Positions 11,955 to 24,338 of a DNA stretch of 64,000 bases are shown one piece after another. Both the position numbers and the translations under genes were made by a program. The notes under the pieces were generated by a model. The model had not been told where the DNA came from, searched no databases, and worked only from the letters and a program-made list of their open reading frames with translations. The stretch spans positions 434,001 to 498,000 of the forward strand of contig QPGO01000010.1 in NCBI GenBank assembly GCA_008632985.1, given 5' to 3'. The number at the start of each line of letters is the position of its first letter. Within the stretch, counting starts at the first letter, position 1. This DNA comes from Psammoneis japonica. Its lineage: Eukaryota.

Positions 11955-13625
11955 TCATTGCTCACTTTCAAGCTTCTTTTTCAGCACAGCCTCATAGGCC
12001 TGGACCGCCGACGGCTCTCCGGGTTCAATGACGTCTAGTATTCTCTTAAATGATGCAAGGGACGCGTCGAGATCACCTGCTTGATAGGCATTTACGCCTT
12101 TGTAGTAGTATGCAGCTTTTGCGTTGTTCAAAGCTTCTTCATTGGTCGGCTCGATCTCGAGAGCGCGCTCGTAACACTCAATTTCTTTTTGAGAATCTCC
12201 ATCTTCACCAAAGATCACACCCAAGTTACAATAAGCATCGGCATGGTTAGGTTGTACTAGAATAGCTCTCTCGTACATGGATCGCTCTCCATGAACATCT
12301 CCCCGTCTTCCGAGAATGAGTCCTTGTCGATAAAAGGCGTCTCCGTCTGAAACAGAGTACGGCAGTGAGATATTATTTGTCCTCAAGACACGTTCTTCGA
12401 GGAAAACCTACGTACCGAATTCATTGAGTTGTGTCGCGGTCCGGTACCACTCCATCGCTTCAACGTCGTGTTGGAGTTCCCCATGCATGACGCCCACCAT
12501 AAAGGCAGCATCGGCACTTCGGGGGTTTGCTTCAAAAGCATCCATGTATGATTTCAAGGCACCAGGCGCATCATCAAACTTTCTCAAACAGTGAGCAACA
12601 CTCATGTATACTTCAGGAAAGCGGGGGTTGTAGTCTCTTGCCAATTCAAACAATCGCCTCGCTGTAGAAGTGTCACCATCCGCAAGCGCCTTTGTTCCAC
12701 GTGTTAACAACTGTCGAGTATGTTCACAATTTTCTCGTCCCGCCAAGGTTACAAAGCCGCCAATGACGTATCGTTGTCCTGATGTAATGGGTTGGCCTCG
12801 ATGTCGTAGACCCGCGGGTCGAAAGGTTACATGGCCTTTGCTCATGGGAACAATCTCTCCCTTCTCTCCGAGCGCTTCGAAGAACGTGCCACCCCCACAA
12901 AAGTCTTGTTCTTCATTCAAGAGAATTGTAAAGGAGAGCAAGGACGAATCCATGTGCATGTCGGTCTTTTCCCCGGATTCCGGTGCGTATTTGAAGAGGT
13001 AGGCACTCTGTACGCAAAGCAAACTTGCATCCTTCACAACGTCGGGGAAGAGTTCTGATATGGCTGGAAATAGTTTGGTCTTGAGCAGCTGATTAAAAAA
13101 CGTTCGTACAGTGGGAATATCTTTTATCCATGATCCTGCGATCTCATATCTTCCCGACGGCAAGGACGTCCAGCCTCCAATCGAGTCAAAGTGCTTTGCG
13201 GCCATTGTCACAATTTTGTCACATTCCTCAGTTGACAACAGTGGCTTTGTGGTGACTTGCACCAATTCATTTCCCCGAGATTGACGGAATTCCTTGTCAA
13301 AGTCCGGTAACGTGACGTTTCCTACGTTATACCCCTTTGTCTTCAGCAGTCCCGGAGGAAGCTTTTCGCACGGTCCGTGATGGTAAGAGTTGTTTCTTGT
13401 GTTTTCTACAATTTCTGCATTGTGCGCTTCCAAGTTCAGCTGGATTTCGTCAGAAGGTAAAGGTATCGACACCTCTGGAGAATCAAGGCTTGCGCCACCA
13501 CGAAATCGATCAACATTGGAAGCAATGAACCATCCCGGCTTGGAGTGTGCCAGTGAACATACCGGTAGATAAGCGTGGACTAACAACAGGCGCGTGAGAA
13601 AGCTCCGCCGCAAAGATGCGTTCAT
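11955..13625 (-). CDS. Secreted/targeted 2OG-Fe(II) dioxygenase (prolyl/lysyl-hydroxylase-like) fused to TPR repeats, 2 exons
   Basis: Exons 13625-12416 and 12346-11955. HxD (HMD)...H(RG)..ITSG.RY motif, followed by multiple TPRs (DAYCNLGVIF, AAFMVGVM); N-terminal hydrophobic signal. Confidence 0.85.
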
Positions 13626-13855
13626 TTCTCGTACTCCTCTCAGGTAATGAATGCTAAACAAAAGAAGCTGCCCAGAATATTTCCGTGACTAGATGTATGG
13701 TAGAGCCAAAAGATGATGCATATGCTGATGCCTCCGCCGCCGCCATTTTTGGCGACCAAACCTGGAACCGACCAAATGTCGGTCAGACGTCAAAGTCGCA
13801 GACCACAATTTTCGCGCCATAAATTCTTTATTATCTTCATTTTCGAATACACCCA

Positions 13856-14221
13856 TATGGGGACATCCCGAATAAATTTAGCCAGTGGCTAAAAATCTCC
13901 TGTTGAATTCTACGCATTTCTCCTGGTATGCGATATATTTAATGATAACGCCTTTTAACGCCACCCCATTGTTTTCTTTTATATACATACTATTATTTGA
14001 AGTTTTTTGTTTTTGTATTTATTTTTAAAAGCTTAAAAGCTGAATGTTTTATATTAACGAACGTTATAGTTTGCATAAAACCGTTACAGATATGACATTT
14101 ATAGGTGCAGTAAAATGGATAGTAAATATTTTCTGTGTAGAAAATATACCAGAGTACAAACTTGGTATGTGTCTACACAAAATTTTAGCCACTGGCTAAA
14201 ATCATTCGGTATGTCCCCATA
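13856..14221. mobile_element. MITE-like element with ~40-bp terminal inverted repeats
   Basis: Left TATGGGGACATCCCGAATAAATTTAGCCAGTGGCTAAAA versus the reverse complement of the right end TATGGGGACATACCGAATGATTTTAGCCAGTGGCTAAAA; AT-rich non-coding interior. Confidence 0.75.
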
Positions 14222-15710
14222 AGTATCCAACTCCCTCCGAGACCGTCCGTGTGTCATCCAATCCTTGGTGTCATCACGGCCAGCGGCATCATTCCGCATT
14301 ATTTTCAATTTGGCGTCGGACCATGGTGAACAACGGCATAAATACGGCATGCACTCTCTCGTCGTGACACAGAATGGTAAAGTTACTGTACTTCCTGAGG
14401 AGGCGTCCTCTAGCCCTGGAAATGTGGTGGTTCTCGCATCAATTCACACCAGAAACTCAAGACTCCCTGCGAGCAACGCTCGCGACGACGCATACGCTAC
14501 AATAACAAGCGGCTGAAAGCTGACGCGAGAACCGCAATCGACTTGCAACACGAAGAAATTAAACTTTTGTTCGAGACGGCGAGTTCATGAATGGATTCGA
14601 TAGCCAGTCGCCACCCTACACCGTCGCATTGGGGCTGGTCTCTGGAATCATCGTGCTCACCGCTCGTTTTTTATATTCCCTACTGCACTGCTAAGTTCGT
14701 GTTCCATTTCGATGCCTTTCGCCGCACGATAGCGTTACTGGAAACAATGTCGACCGCTGTGCTGACGGATTGGAAAATTAGAAAATTGCAAGTCGCAGAT
14801 GAAGAAAAACAACTTGAACCTGATGAGCTCATTTTTACAATGCTTGCCAGAACATCAGCGGTACATCATGACTACGTACATCTTGTTTACCGGGTAACCA
14901 CCACAGAAACATTTGAGCTATGCATCAAGCGAGAGACCTTTGTCGTCTTTCGACATGGGTTCGTGACTCAGATTAGGCCAATCAACGTAATGAACACGTT
15001 TGACAGTCTCATTCCAATTGCTGCTAGAGGGCCTAGGGCCCTAGAGAGGACGCCACAGGCCTAGTGCGCACCAATGTAACCCTCACCCACTCAAGATTAC
15101 ACGCAAAGGCTTATGACTCCCTTATTTCCCATTGATTTAAGGGCAGCAAAGATCCACCCAAGGATGCGTACCAACTGGAAATGAAACTCGAAAACGGTTT
15201 TGATTGACCCATTCCGCATGCCAAAGCTTAGTGGTTGGCTTCCTCATCACGCCACTACTGCGGGATCGAGGTGCTAGTTAAAGAATCACAGTCACAGCCG
15301 TGCAATTACGCACAAACCGTGTTGACGTTGTTGCGTGAAACAGAATGAATAGGCATTATTATTTGGAATCCGTCTCTCCTTCACCGAAAGTGCCATCTAA
15401 AATACACATGGGAGAGCGAGAGAATCGCAAGGTTGCCAGTTCATATTCGTATCACGTCATGCTCACCAAACCAATGGCTGTCTCGTTTAACGCTCTCAAT
15501 TGAATTTTTGGATGCCCTGTCTATCCGAAGGAAGAAAGAAGGTTGTGTATGCAACATTCGAAACGTCACCCTTGTGTAAATAAATCTCGAATTCTATCTT
15601 ATGTAAAATGATGCATATCGAATGAGCAAAATGATTGGGGAGCAAAGCTCAAGCACGGTATCATGTATCATGCTGTGCCAATCATTTCTGCACCTTCAAG
15701 TTCTTTCAAC

Positions 15711-16603
15711 TCAACTTAGATCAATGCTGGACAGGAACAAATTCATCTCCTCGTCGTCGATCAACGGCTGATGATCGTCGCCATTCATGGGACTCGGGGA
15801 CAAAGGAGTCGGTTCTATAACAGCAGACTCACTCACTACAGGTGACATGGGTCTGGCGTAGAGACAGAGAGAAGGGTCTTCCCCGCAGGAGGAGTAACGA
15901 TGGTATCTGGTTGCCAATCTCTTATGTTCTCTTGCCTGCTCCCACTTTTCAAGTGCAATAAAATAGCTCTTTCGCTCTTCCATGGCAAGGGATTCGTATT
16001 TTTCACGAGTGTCTTTATCAAGAGCTTTCCATCTGGGTGCAATGATTCTGCGCGGCATAACATAGACATGCCAAAATGAGGCTTTTTTTGTAGATAGGGA
16101 TAAAGTAAGTCAAGGCAGTTTGAGTTGACGTACCGAGCAATGTCAGCAAACCTGGGCGACGTTGGACCCCGTTCTTTGCGTCTGGAACCGACAATCTTGA
16201 GTCGCTCGTCGCGGAAGAACAAATTGTAGGCAGAGAGCGGCCTCTGTGGCTTCTTCTCGTTCGCTGATCTCGCTACACAACGTTTTTTTGAATACTGAGA
16301 CCGCGATCCTTCTTCTACTCTCTTACGATCTATGGTTGGACTCGATAGTGGAGTGACAATTCTATGCGGTTGCTCGACAGCGAAGTTGCGGGTAGAAATA
16401 GTTTCATGATACCCTGGCATGTCTTGTACTCTTGATTCTGGTGCAAAAGAGGTTGACATTATCGGTAGAACGGGATAACCATACCTTTGACGAAGCAACC
16501 CATGAGGCGAGACGCGGTCTACAATTTGTTGTCGCATGCTTGGTGGTGGCGACGGCGACACAGCATGACACTCAAATGTTTGGTCGTTGGTGTTGGTGTT
16601 CAT
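15711..16603 (-). CDS. HMG-box protein, 2 exons
   Basis: Exons 16603-16134 and 16047-15711. KPQRPLSAYNLFFRDER...FADIARIIAPRWKALD...KYESLA..ER..Y HMG box across the intron. Confidence 0.9.
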
Positions 16604-17274
16604 AGTTTCTCATTCGAAAGTGATCGACTGTGGTCTTCGTTGTCAAAAGAAAAAGACTGAAAATTGAGACACGACGTGTTGATGTTGGGGTTCGGCAACA
16701 GATGCTGGAGAGAGGAGACGAGAGCTAAGAAAGCTTGGTGGGACAAGAAAAATGAGCGTTTCCTCGTTTTCGATTCAAAATTACTTAGGTCCCTGTGAAA
16801 ACACACGTGGGCCTTACATATGGTAATTTCTCATTCTCGTATAAATCAATATCGTCAATCGTGGAGCAGGAATGGGAAAGACATGGAACAATGGAGAAAG
16901 CGTTTTTATAATTAAGAAAGAGAACCCCTCCGATAGAGTCACGGGTCATACTGATGGGTTAATTTATAATAGTTACCATATACTTTAGAATAAACAGTTC
17001 TTGATAACATAATAAAAATGTTCTATGATACTGTATGTGACACCTATCCATATTTCTTTTATTTAGGGCCGTATGATGCGGACTCGCGTGTGTGTGATTT
17101 TGCTCGCTCGGGCACGAAGAACTCATCACACAGCCAATCGGATAACGTCACGATTTCGACACCCATCGAGAAATTTAGCTATCTCCACATCGCAGTACTT
17201 TACCGTAGACTAGAGCTAACCTTCTGTAGCAGGCTGTGCTACCAACACTTTTTCGGCTGGCGACCAAGATCACC

Positions 17275-17850
17275 ATGGTACGGCTTCGATCCTTGATGTT
17301 ATGTTGTGGAATACTAGCTCACACGACAGCCTTTTCTAGCTTGCAATATGCGGTACTGCCTCATGTTGGAGAAACTGGTTACGGAAGGAACGCGAATGGC
17401 TCTCTTTTGACACTTTCTGCGGGTGGTATGCTTGAGCTTGATGATTCAAACTACAAGGAGGTTCTACTGGAAAGAAACGACAAAGCTGTTCTCGTGGATG
17501 CGTGTGCTGAATTTTGTGGGCCTTGCAAGTTGATAGTTCCTGTGTTGGATAAATGCGCGAAGAAATGGTCCGAGACACTCGAGTTGGTAAAGTTTGATGT
17601 CGAATCGGAAAGCACAAACCTGAAAATGGAATTACTCATGCAGAATGTCCGGTTCGGCAGCCTTCCGTCTCTCGTGCTCTTTAAGAATGGCAAGGCTATT
17701 GCGAGCCATACGGGGGTCATAACAGAGGAGGAGTTGGATTCGTTTTTGGAAATGAACCTCCGAGTCTCGCGACCCAAGAAGAAGTCTGGTGCGGGTTTCG
17801 TCAGCTTTGCAAGAGATGCGGGAGATGACTACATGTTGAGTGGTTCGTGA
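17275..17850 (+). CDS. Thioredoxin, probably plastid-targeted (FCGPC active site)
   Basis: VLVDACAEFCGPCKLI...SLPSLVLFKNG thioredoxin fold; signal peptide followed by TAF motif. Confidence 0.85.
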   Translation: MVRLRSLMLCCGILAHTTAFSSLQYAVLPHVGETGYGRNANGSLLTLSAGGMLELDDSNYKEVLLERNDKAVLVDACAEFCGPCKLIVPVLDKCAKKWSETLELVKFDVESESTNLKMELLMQNVRFGSLPSLVLFKNGKAIASHTGVITEEELDSFLEMNLRVSRPKKKSGAGFVSFARDAGDDYMLSGS

Positions 17851-17998
17851 CTCGTGACTATCGAAATGGACCCCTCAAAGTATTATTGAAAAGAGGAAAG
17901 GAAGTTCCGGTTACTTCTTTCGATCGTTGGTGCTAGAGAAGGACAGCTCTGTCAACATACCGTCCAACCCATAGCAGCACAGCGCGTTTACACTAACT

Positions 17999-19795
17999 CT
18001 ATAATTTACTTTCTATGCGATCCTTTGAAGCAAATCGATCAATCAGCACGTGCTTGAGAACTTTACCTGATGAGTTGCGGGGTAGTTCGTTCAAGAAATA
18101 GACATTACGAGGACGCTTGTATCCCGCTAACCCACGAGAAGAACAAAACTCACGTATCTGTCGAGCACCTAGCGGTTCCGATCCTTTGCTCTGGTCTTGA
18201 GAGCAAGCTATTGCAACACTCACTGCTTCGCCCAATCTCTCGTCCTTTAGGGCGAATACAGCACATTCTCGTACATGCGGATGTTGGAGAATGACCCGTT
18301 CCACCTCTGATGCCCAAACAGTTTCACCGCCTGTACGAATCACATCCTTGACTCGTCCACAAAAGTACAGTCGACCAGAATCATCTAGAAAGCCCAAATC
18401 ATTGGTAAGAAGCCATTGGTGACGTGGAAAGACATTGTCGCGAGAGTCGTTCCGGTTCCAATAACCATTCATTACGTGATGACCTCTTGTGGCGATGATA
18501 CCAACTTGAAATGGATCTGTGAGTATCCGGTCCTTGTTATTTTGGTCAAAGACACATATATTGACGTGGTTGGGAGGGAATCCCACACAGTCGCCCGGTG
18601 GTGTTCGTCTTCTTGAGAACTGAACTCTACCGGAACGATCGTTGATGTGGAGAAATGTCAAAGAGGACGCGGCCTCTGTACACGCAAAGGTTTGAACCAC
18701 CCGGGCACGGGGAAATATATTCATGCTCTGTTTGAGTGTTTTGGGTGACGCCGATTGACCGCCAATCAAAATCAATCTTACCGAATCATAAGTCGCATGT
18801 TTGGGAGCGTTTGCCAGTACCGATTGAAGCATGGCAGGAACCACCACAAGCGTAGTAGGAAGATGCAACGTAGGATTCGACAGGGAATGAATGACGGCTA
18901 TGGGATCGAACCCTTTTTGGTTCTTGATTTGTTGGGGAAAGATCCAGCTCCCACCAGCAATCAGAACAGCCAGCACACTGCTCAATCCTCCGACGTGGAA
19001 AAGTGGGACTGTTGTTGCCAACATTTTGGTTTCTTCATCATAGCAACAAGGACTATGCAATTTGCTCATTGCCTGAATATAAAGTGCGTTATGACTGAGC
19101 CTTACTCCTTTGGCACCACCACTCGTACCCGATGTAAAGACAATGACTGCATCCTCCATCTCCTGTTTAGTGGCATTCAAAGATGCGCTTCTAATCATCT
19201 CATCGATTCTTGTATCTCGACGGTGGCTGTCCACAATGCTGCTGTACCCGGATACTTGTTCCTTATCAACAAGCTTACTTTCCACTGTAAAAGAATGGCG
19301 AGAGAATTCAGGTAGAGCCATGACGCGCACATTATGGTTTGATAGCTTTGCGACTTGTTCAGCCACGTTGTAAAACTGAGGACCAAACAAAAGAAGGGTC
19401 TTGGCATTCTTAGTTTCTCCCGTATTCACTCCAGAGGAAAGAGCATCTGCCATTTCCAAAGCTGTCCAACGCGTATTCAACAAGACAGGAAGGACGCCAT
19501 CTAAAGCCATGGATGCCAAGAGCGAAAGGAGAAAATCCGAAGAGTTGGAGGAAAGGTATGCGACGACCAGAGTGCTGCGGAAGATCGTTCCGGGTTTATT
19601 CTTCAAAAACAAGACATGACTTTCAATCCACTGCTGATGCCATTTTGATGCATAAAGAGCTTCGGTGTAGGTCAACGCAGAAAATCCACTTTTTGTGTTT
19701 GAGAGGGAGACCACAAAGGCGGGACGTTGGGCATAGCGTTCAGCGGATTGGCTCAGGAGCTTCGAGAGATGCATTTTTTTTTTTATCACTTTCAT
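17999..19795 (-). CDS. AMP-dependent acyl-CoA ligase, o-succinylbenzoate-CoA ligase (MenE/AAE14)-like, with PTS1
   Basis: IVFTSGTSGGAKGV AMP-binding motif, PLFHVGG, CTEAASS, GRVKDVIRTGGE, LPRNSSGKVLK; ends SKL. Confidence 0.8.
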   Translation of the reverse strand: MKVIKKKMHLSKLLSQSAERYAQRPAFVVSLSNTKSGFSALTYTEALYASKWHQQWIESHVLFLKNKPGTIFRSTLVVAYLSSNSSDFLLSLLASMALDGVLPVLLNTRWTALEMADALSSGVNTGETKNAKTLLLFGPQFYNVAEQVAKLSNHNVRVMALPEFSRHSFTVESKLVDKEQVSGYSSIVDSHRRDTRIDEMIRSASLNATKQEMEDAVIVFTSGTSGGAKGVRLSHNALYIQAMSKLHSPCCYDEETKMLATTVPLFHVGGLSSVLAVLIAGGSWIFPQQIKNQKGFDPIAVIHSLSNPTLHLPTTLVVVPAMLQSVLANAPKHATYDSVRLILIGGQSASPKTLKQSMNIFPRARVVQTFACTEAASSLTFLHINDRSGRVQFSRRRTPPGDCVGFPPNHVNICVFDQNNKDRILTDPFQVGIIATRGHHVMNGYWNRNDSRDNVFPRHQWLLTNDLGFLDDSGRLYFCGRVKDVIRTGGETVWASEVERVILQHPHVRECAVFALKDERLGEAVSVAIACSQDQSKGSEPLGARQIREFCSSRGLAGYKRPRNVYFLNELPRNSSGKVLKHVLIDRFASKDRIESKL

Positions 19796-22628
19796 TCGTT
19801 TTGTATCGCTTCACCGAGAGACATACTCTTCTTTTGCTTCGTTCTCAGTTCAGAGACGGCGAGTGTTCGTCTACAGTATTTGTTTATAAGTAAAATTAGG
19901 GCCTATGGTGTATCATAGCGGGCACGGGCAGCAGCGGCAGCATCGTCCCCAGCGCTTGAAAGTGCCCGGGTCGTGCGTCGTGCCCGGGTAAAACCGGTCT
20001 GTCCTCTACCTTTTGGCATCTGTGTAAAAGTCGATTTTGTTTCCAAAATCGATTGGTTTTTCACTATACAATGCTTCTTACGTCTTCTAACATTGTCAAT
20101 TGACATGTTCCCATGCCTGTATTTGCCAGGTTCACGGTTCTGAACGCCATTGCTACTGTCGCAAGAAGGGCCTTTTTTCGCTCCAAGAGGACAGACCGGT
20201 CGTCAGTAGAATTCTACGTGGCGATGTACCGAGAAATTTACACAGTTTTTTTTGCATCCGACGTCAAACGCTTCGCCATTATCTCTCGCATCGGCAGCAT
20301 GGTAAGTCCATAATACACACTCTTATCGAATCATATGGGCCCATAAGGTCTCATTTGTTGTTGTTTTGCCTTGTTACTCACATTGTGTATCCAGGTGTTT
20401 GTCACCAGTCGCACGGACACGGTGCAACTTCTAACTTCTTGTTGTCGTCGGTGGAGAAATCAACGAAAGGCTGCGGCGATATGTCATGCTGGACTCTAGT
20501 AAATACATAAGCTGGATATCCTACTGTGCAAGTTGGTGATGCAATGATTCTGTTAAAAAGAAAAAGGCAGGAATGCATGATACAGGTACATTGTTTGAAA
20601 TGTATGGTTTGCTGCTTGCGGGGTTGTGGGGGGTGCTAATGCATCTAAAAGTGTTTCATCGTCACACAGCATATCCTCCAAATTCTCTGGGCACTACCGT
20701 GTGACATTTTTAATGGGTTTCCTTTGCAGTTGGACATGTCATCAATTTTCTTCCGGTGGGAAAAGGCGATGGATTCGCTGGCATGCTCAATGCCGCCGTC
20801 TTCAAATGGTAAGTTCATTTTTTGAAAAGCCTTGTACGCCAGACGCACCAATGTCTTTGTCTTACATGTGTCAGGTTGTACTGCTTTTAGGACATACTCC
20901 TGGTCAAATAGGAACTCCCAAAAATGAGGGCTTACCTGGGTCTTGACGTCGAAAGAAAAATTCGGGTGGGGGTGGCGTGGATTCCGATCGCGGTATCATT
21001 GATGTCGTTGTTTCGTAAGAGACTAGGAAGGGTAGAATTGCGCCCAAAATTGCATTGACTTCAACATCAAAACCTGTCTTCTGTCTCTCCTTTCCCCTTT
21101 ACGAAATTGACAACCTTCGGGTGGTTTCTTTCCGAGCTTGCTTGGCAACCAGATCACGGGTGCGTGCTGCTGTTTTGGTCACAGTCTTTCGTTGACGCGA
21201 CGATCGAAGAGGATACACCATGGTGGGCTGGATGTGGCGGTTGCGTTGACGCAACGAACGACGAGGACACACCATGCATGGGGCTTGATGCAGCGGTTGC
21301 AGCGAGCAATAGGGTTTGTTGGCTTGTCGGAGGTACAGTACAGCATAATTTTGAATTTGAAATGGACAAAGTTAAAAACATATGATAACGTAGATAATTA
21401 ATGATCAAAAATCTGTGTAAATCTCAAACCGTGGATTTTTTTTAGAAAATGACGATGTGCCGTCTTTGGCCCCCAATTGTGCCGTGATGTAACGCTCTTT
21501 TATCCCACTGTTTTCACAAGGATCTCTGTTGACCTTCTGACCGATGCTAGTAGATAGGGTTTGCATGTGAAACAACGGGAAGCCACTGTTAGAGTGGTTT
21601 TACACAGTTTGCTCTTGCAAGAGGACAGACCGGTCGGAAGAGGACAGACAGGTTTTTTGCTTGTACCGGGGGTAGATTGGGTGGATCACGAACGTGAATG
21701 GAATGGAAAATGGCGGGAAAACCTTCAACCTTCAACCGAACCGCGAGCTCAAGGCGCCGCTCAGAACGCGAAGCCGCGATCTCATTTCTGCGTCAGGATT
21801 TGTTTTTCCGATTGCACAACATGTGCACGACCGGACGACTGCCGGATGTTGCAAGTCCAACAAGAAACAAGCGGAAGGGAACACAACATTCCAAACCAGC
21901 AAAGGAGACATTAAAGATTCGAGAATGTCAACCCAAGGGGAAAAATTGCAAGATCGCCGTCTCCTCCTTCCCCATCGTTTTGCCATTGAAGATGCTTCTC
22001 AGGACTCTCCTTGTTGTGAGCCTGCTTGCCAGTGGCGATGCGCAAGAGACAACACTTCGCAGATCAGATCCTCATCAGCCTGCATCGAATCGTTGCAGCA
22101 AGTCAGAGAGGTTGCAACGACTCAAGAATCACTTCAGTGCTCCTCACCATCGAGAGGTCTTGGCTCTCCTTGACAAGTGTCATCAACAAGATCCCGTCCC
22201 AGCAGACTGTGGCGGATGTCATCCCTGTGAGCAATGCTGCAGGCTTGACAACAATCCAAAGTTGGGACCGGCGCAAGATGCAGAACATGGCAGCAGGGAT
22301 GAGATGGCTCCCATTCGAATCCGGTTCGTCACGGAAATCCTTGAAGAGCAGCCAGGTGCAACAAGCGATGAAGCTGATGTTGCAAAAGGGGATGCAATTG
22401 TGAATGAGGTGCTTCCCACAATGCCACAGGAATGGTCCTCGCATCTGTCTGTGTTTCCTGCTGTCGGCCGACTGGCCGTGAACAATGAGACGTGTCTCGG
22501 AAATTGCGCAAAACGCAAAACTCGACTCATTGCAGCCGTTCTTGGAGACTGGCATTGATGATGCGGACATCGCAGTCATTGCACAGGGATCTGTTTGCAA
22601 CGAAGGCTTGCCAGCCTTTGCCGGTCCA

Positions 22629-22904
22629 TGACAGAAATTGAAGGCAAATGGCAAGAATTCAAACAATGACTCCTTGCTGCTGTTCAAATGGCAGATGAGT
22701 CTCTGCTCAGAGACCATCACAGGAGCCGAAAGACGTGCAAGTCGGCACAATCGGGCTGCTGTTGTTATTCTTGTGAGCCTTGTGGCTCGAAAGCAAACTG
22801 CATCGCGCGCAAACGCGCGGAACTAAAGCACACAAAACTGTGCACGGCAAACTAAACAGCACGCGACATTTCGCGTGCACCTAAATCCTGTTCAAATCCT
22901 GTCA
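22629..22904 (-). repeat. 3' LTR (276 bp)
   Basis: TGACAGAAATT...AAATCCTGTCA; direct repeat of 26137-26412 with short terminal inverted repeats. Confidence 0.92.
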
Positions 22905-23289
22905 CTCCCCAGTTTGCTTGAGGAGTCACAGAAACAGATTCGACTTCGGATTGACCAAAGAACTTTGGAGTCAAAGCACCAAAACATGAGGAGACAAGAA
23001 AGGATCAAGATCCGAGAGCAACGTTGCATTTTCCAAGTGGGTCATCTTGAGATGAGCTGCGTCTCCCCAATTGCAGATGCCGTTGTGTTTTTCAAAGCTC
23101 AAGGCACACTTGGGATCTTGTGGGATTCCACATCCGCGCTTGCAATGGAAGGAGCAAAGCTTGGTCTGGTTGACAATGTTGAACGGTGGGGCAACATTGC
23201 AGGCGGCATGGCGTTTGCATGACTCGGGGAACAGAGCAAGCATCAGTTCAAAGGCACAAGTGGTGGTCTTGTGTTCCACCAATCCGACT

Positions 23290-24338
23290 GCATCTCCTGA
23301 GAGACTGATCCAATTGGAGAAACGAGTCTCAAGGTGCAAGCCTTCGGGGATCGGATTGGAGCAAGACATCTTGTGGTGCAAGGCTGCAGATGTCTGATTG
23401 GGGCAACCAGTCCCGTGCTGCAAGACTTCTGGGATCCAAAAGGATTTGCCAGTGTTGTGACACGAGTCTTCGGGGATCCAATCAGGAGGCCAAGTCTTGA
23501 GGTGCGAGACTTGGGGGATCCAATCAGGAGGCCGAGTCTCGTGGCACAAGACTTGAGGGATCCAATCCGGAGGCCGAGTCTTGAGGCATGAGACGTGGAG
23601 GATCCAATTGGGGGGCCCGGTCTTGAGGCACGAGACGTGGAGAGTCCAGTTGGGAGGCCTGGTCTCAAGGCACGAGACTTGGGGCATCCGATCAGGGGGC
23701 CCAGTCTCGATGTACGACACTTGGGGCATCCAATCAGGAGGCCCAGTCTCGAGGCACGAGACTTGAGGCATCCAATCAGGAGGCCTGGTCTCGAGGTGCG
23801 AGACTTGGGACATCCAATCAGGAGACCTGGTCTCGAGGTACGAGACTTGGGGCATCCAATCAGGAGGCCCAGTCTCGAGGTACGAGACTTGCGGCATCCA
23901 ATCAGGACGCCCAGTCTCGAGGTACGAGACTTGGGGCATCCAATCAGGAGGCCTGGTCTCGAGGTACGAAACTTGGGGCATCCAATCAGGAGGCCCAGTC
24001 TCGAGGTACGAGACTTGAGGCATCCAATCAGGAGGCCCAGTCTCGAGGTACGAGACTTGAGGCATCCAATCAGGAGACCTGGTCTCGAGGTACGAGACTT
24101 GGGGCATCCAATCAGGAGGCCCAGTCTCGAGGTACGAGACTTGGGGCATCCAATCAGGAGGCCTGGTCTCGAGGTACGAGACTTGGGGCATCCAATCAGG
24201 AGGCCTGGTCTCGAGGTACGAGACTTGAGGCATCCAATCAGGAGGCCTGGTCTCGAGGCACGAGACTTGAGGCATCCAATCAGGAGGCCTGGTCTCGAGG
24301 TACGAGACTTGAGGCATCCAATCAGGAGGCCTGGTCTC
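23290..24338 (-). repeat. 42-bp tandem array inside the LTR element (about 21 clear plus about 4 degenerate units)
   Basis: Unit GAGGCCTGGTCTCGAGGTACGAGACTTGGGGCATCCAATCAG; reads ETRPPDWMPQVSYL in frame with the gag/pol remnant. Confidence 0.92.

Noticed and set aside
14591..15064. 157-aa ORF
   Set aside because: No motif or coding-like composition; probably intergenic.
23290..24338. 42-bp array as a CRISPR array
   Set aside because: Units are head-to-tail with no unique spacers, there are no cas genes, the context is eukaryotic, and it lies inside an LTR element.
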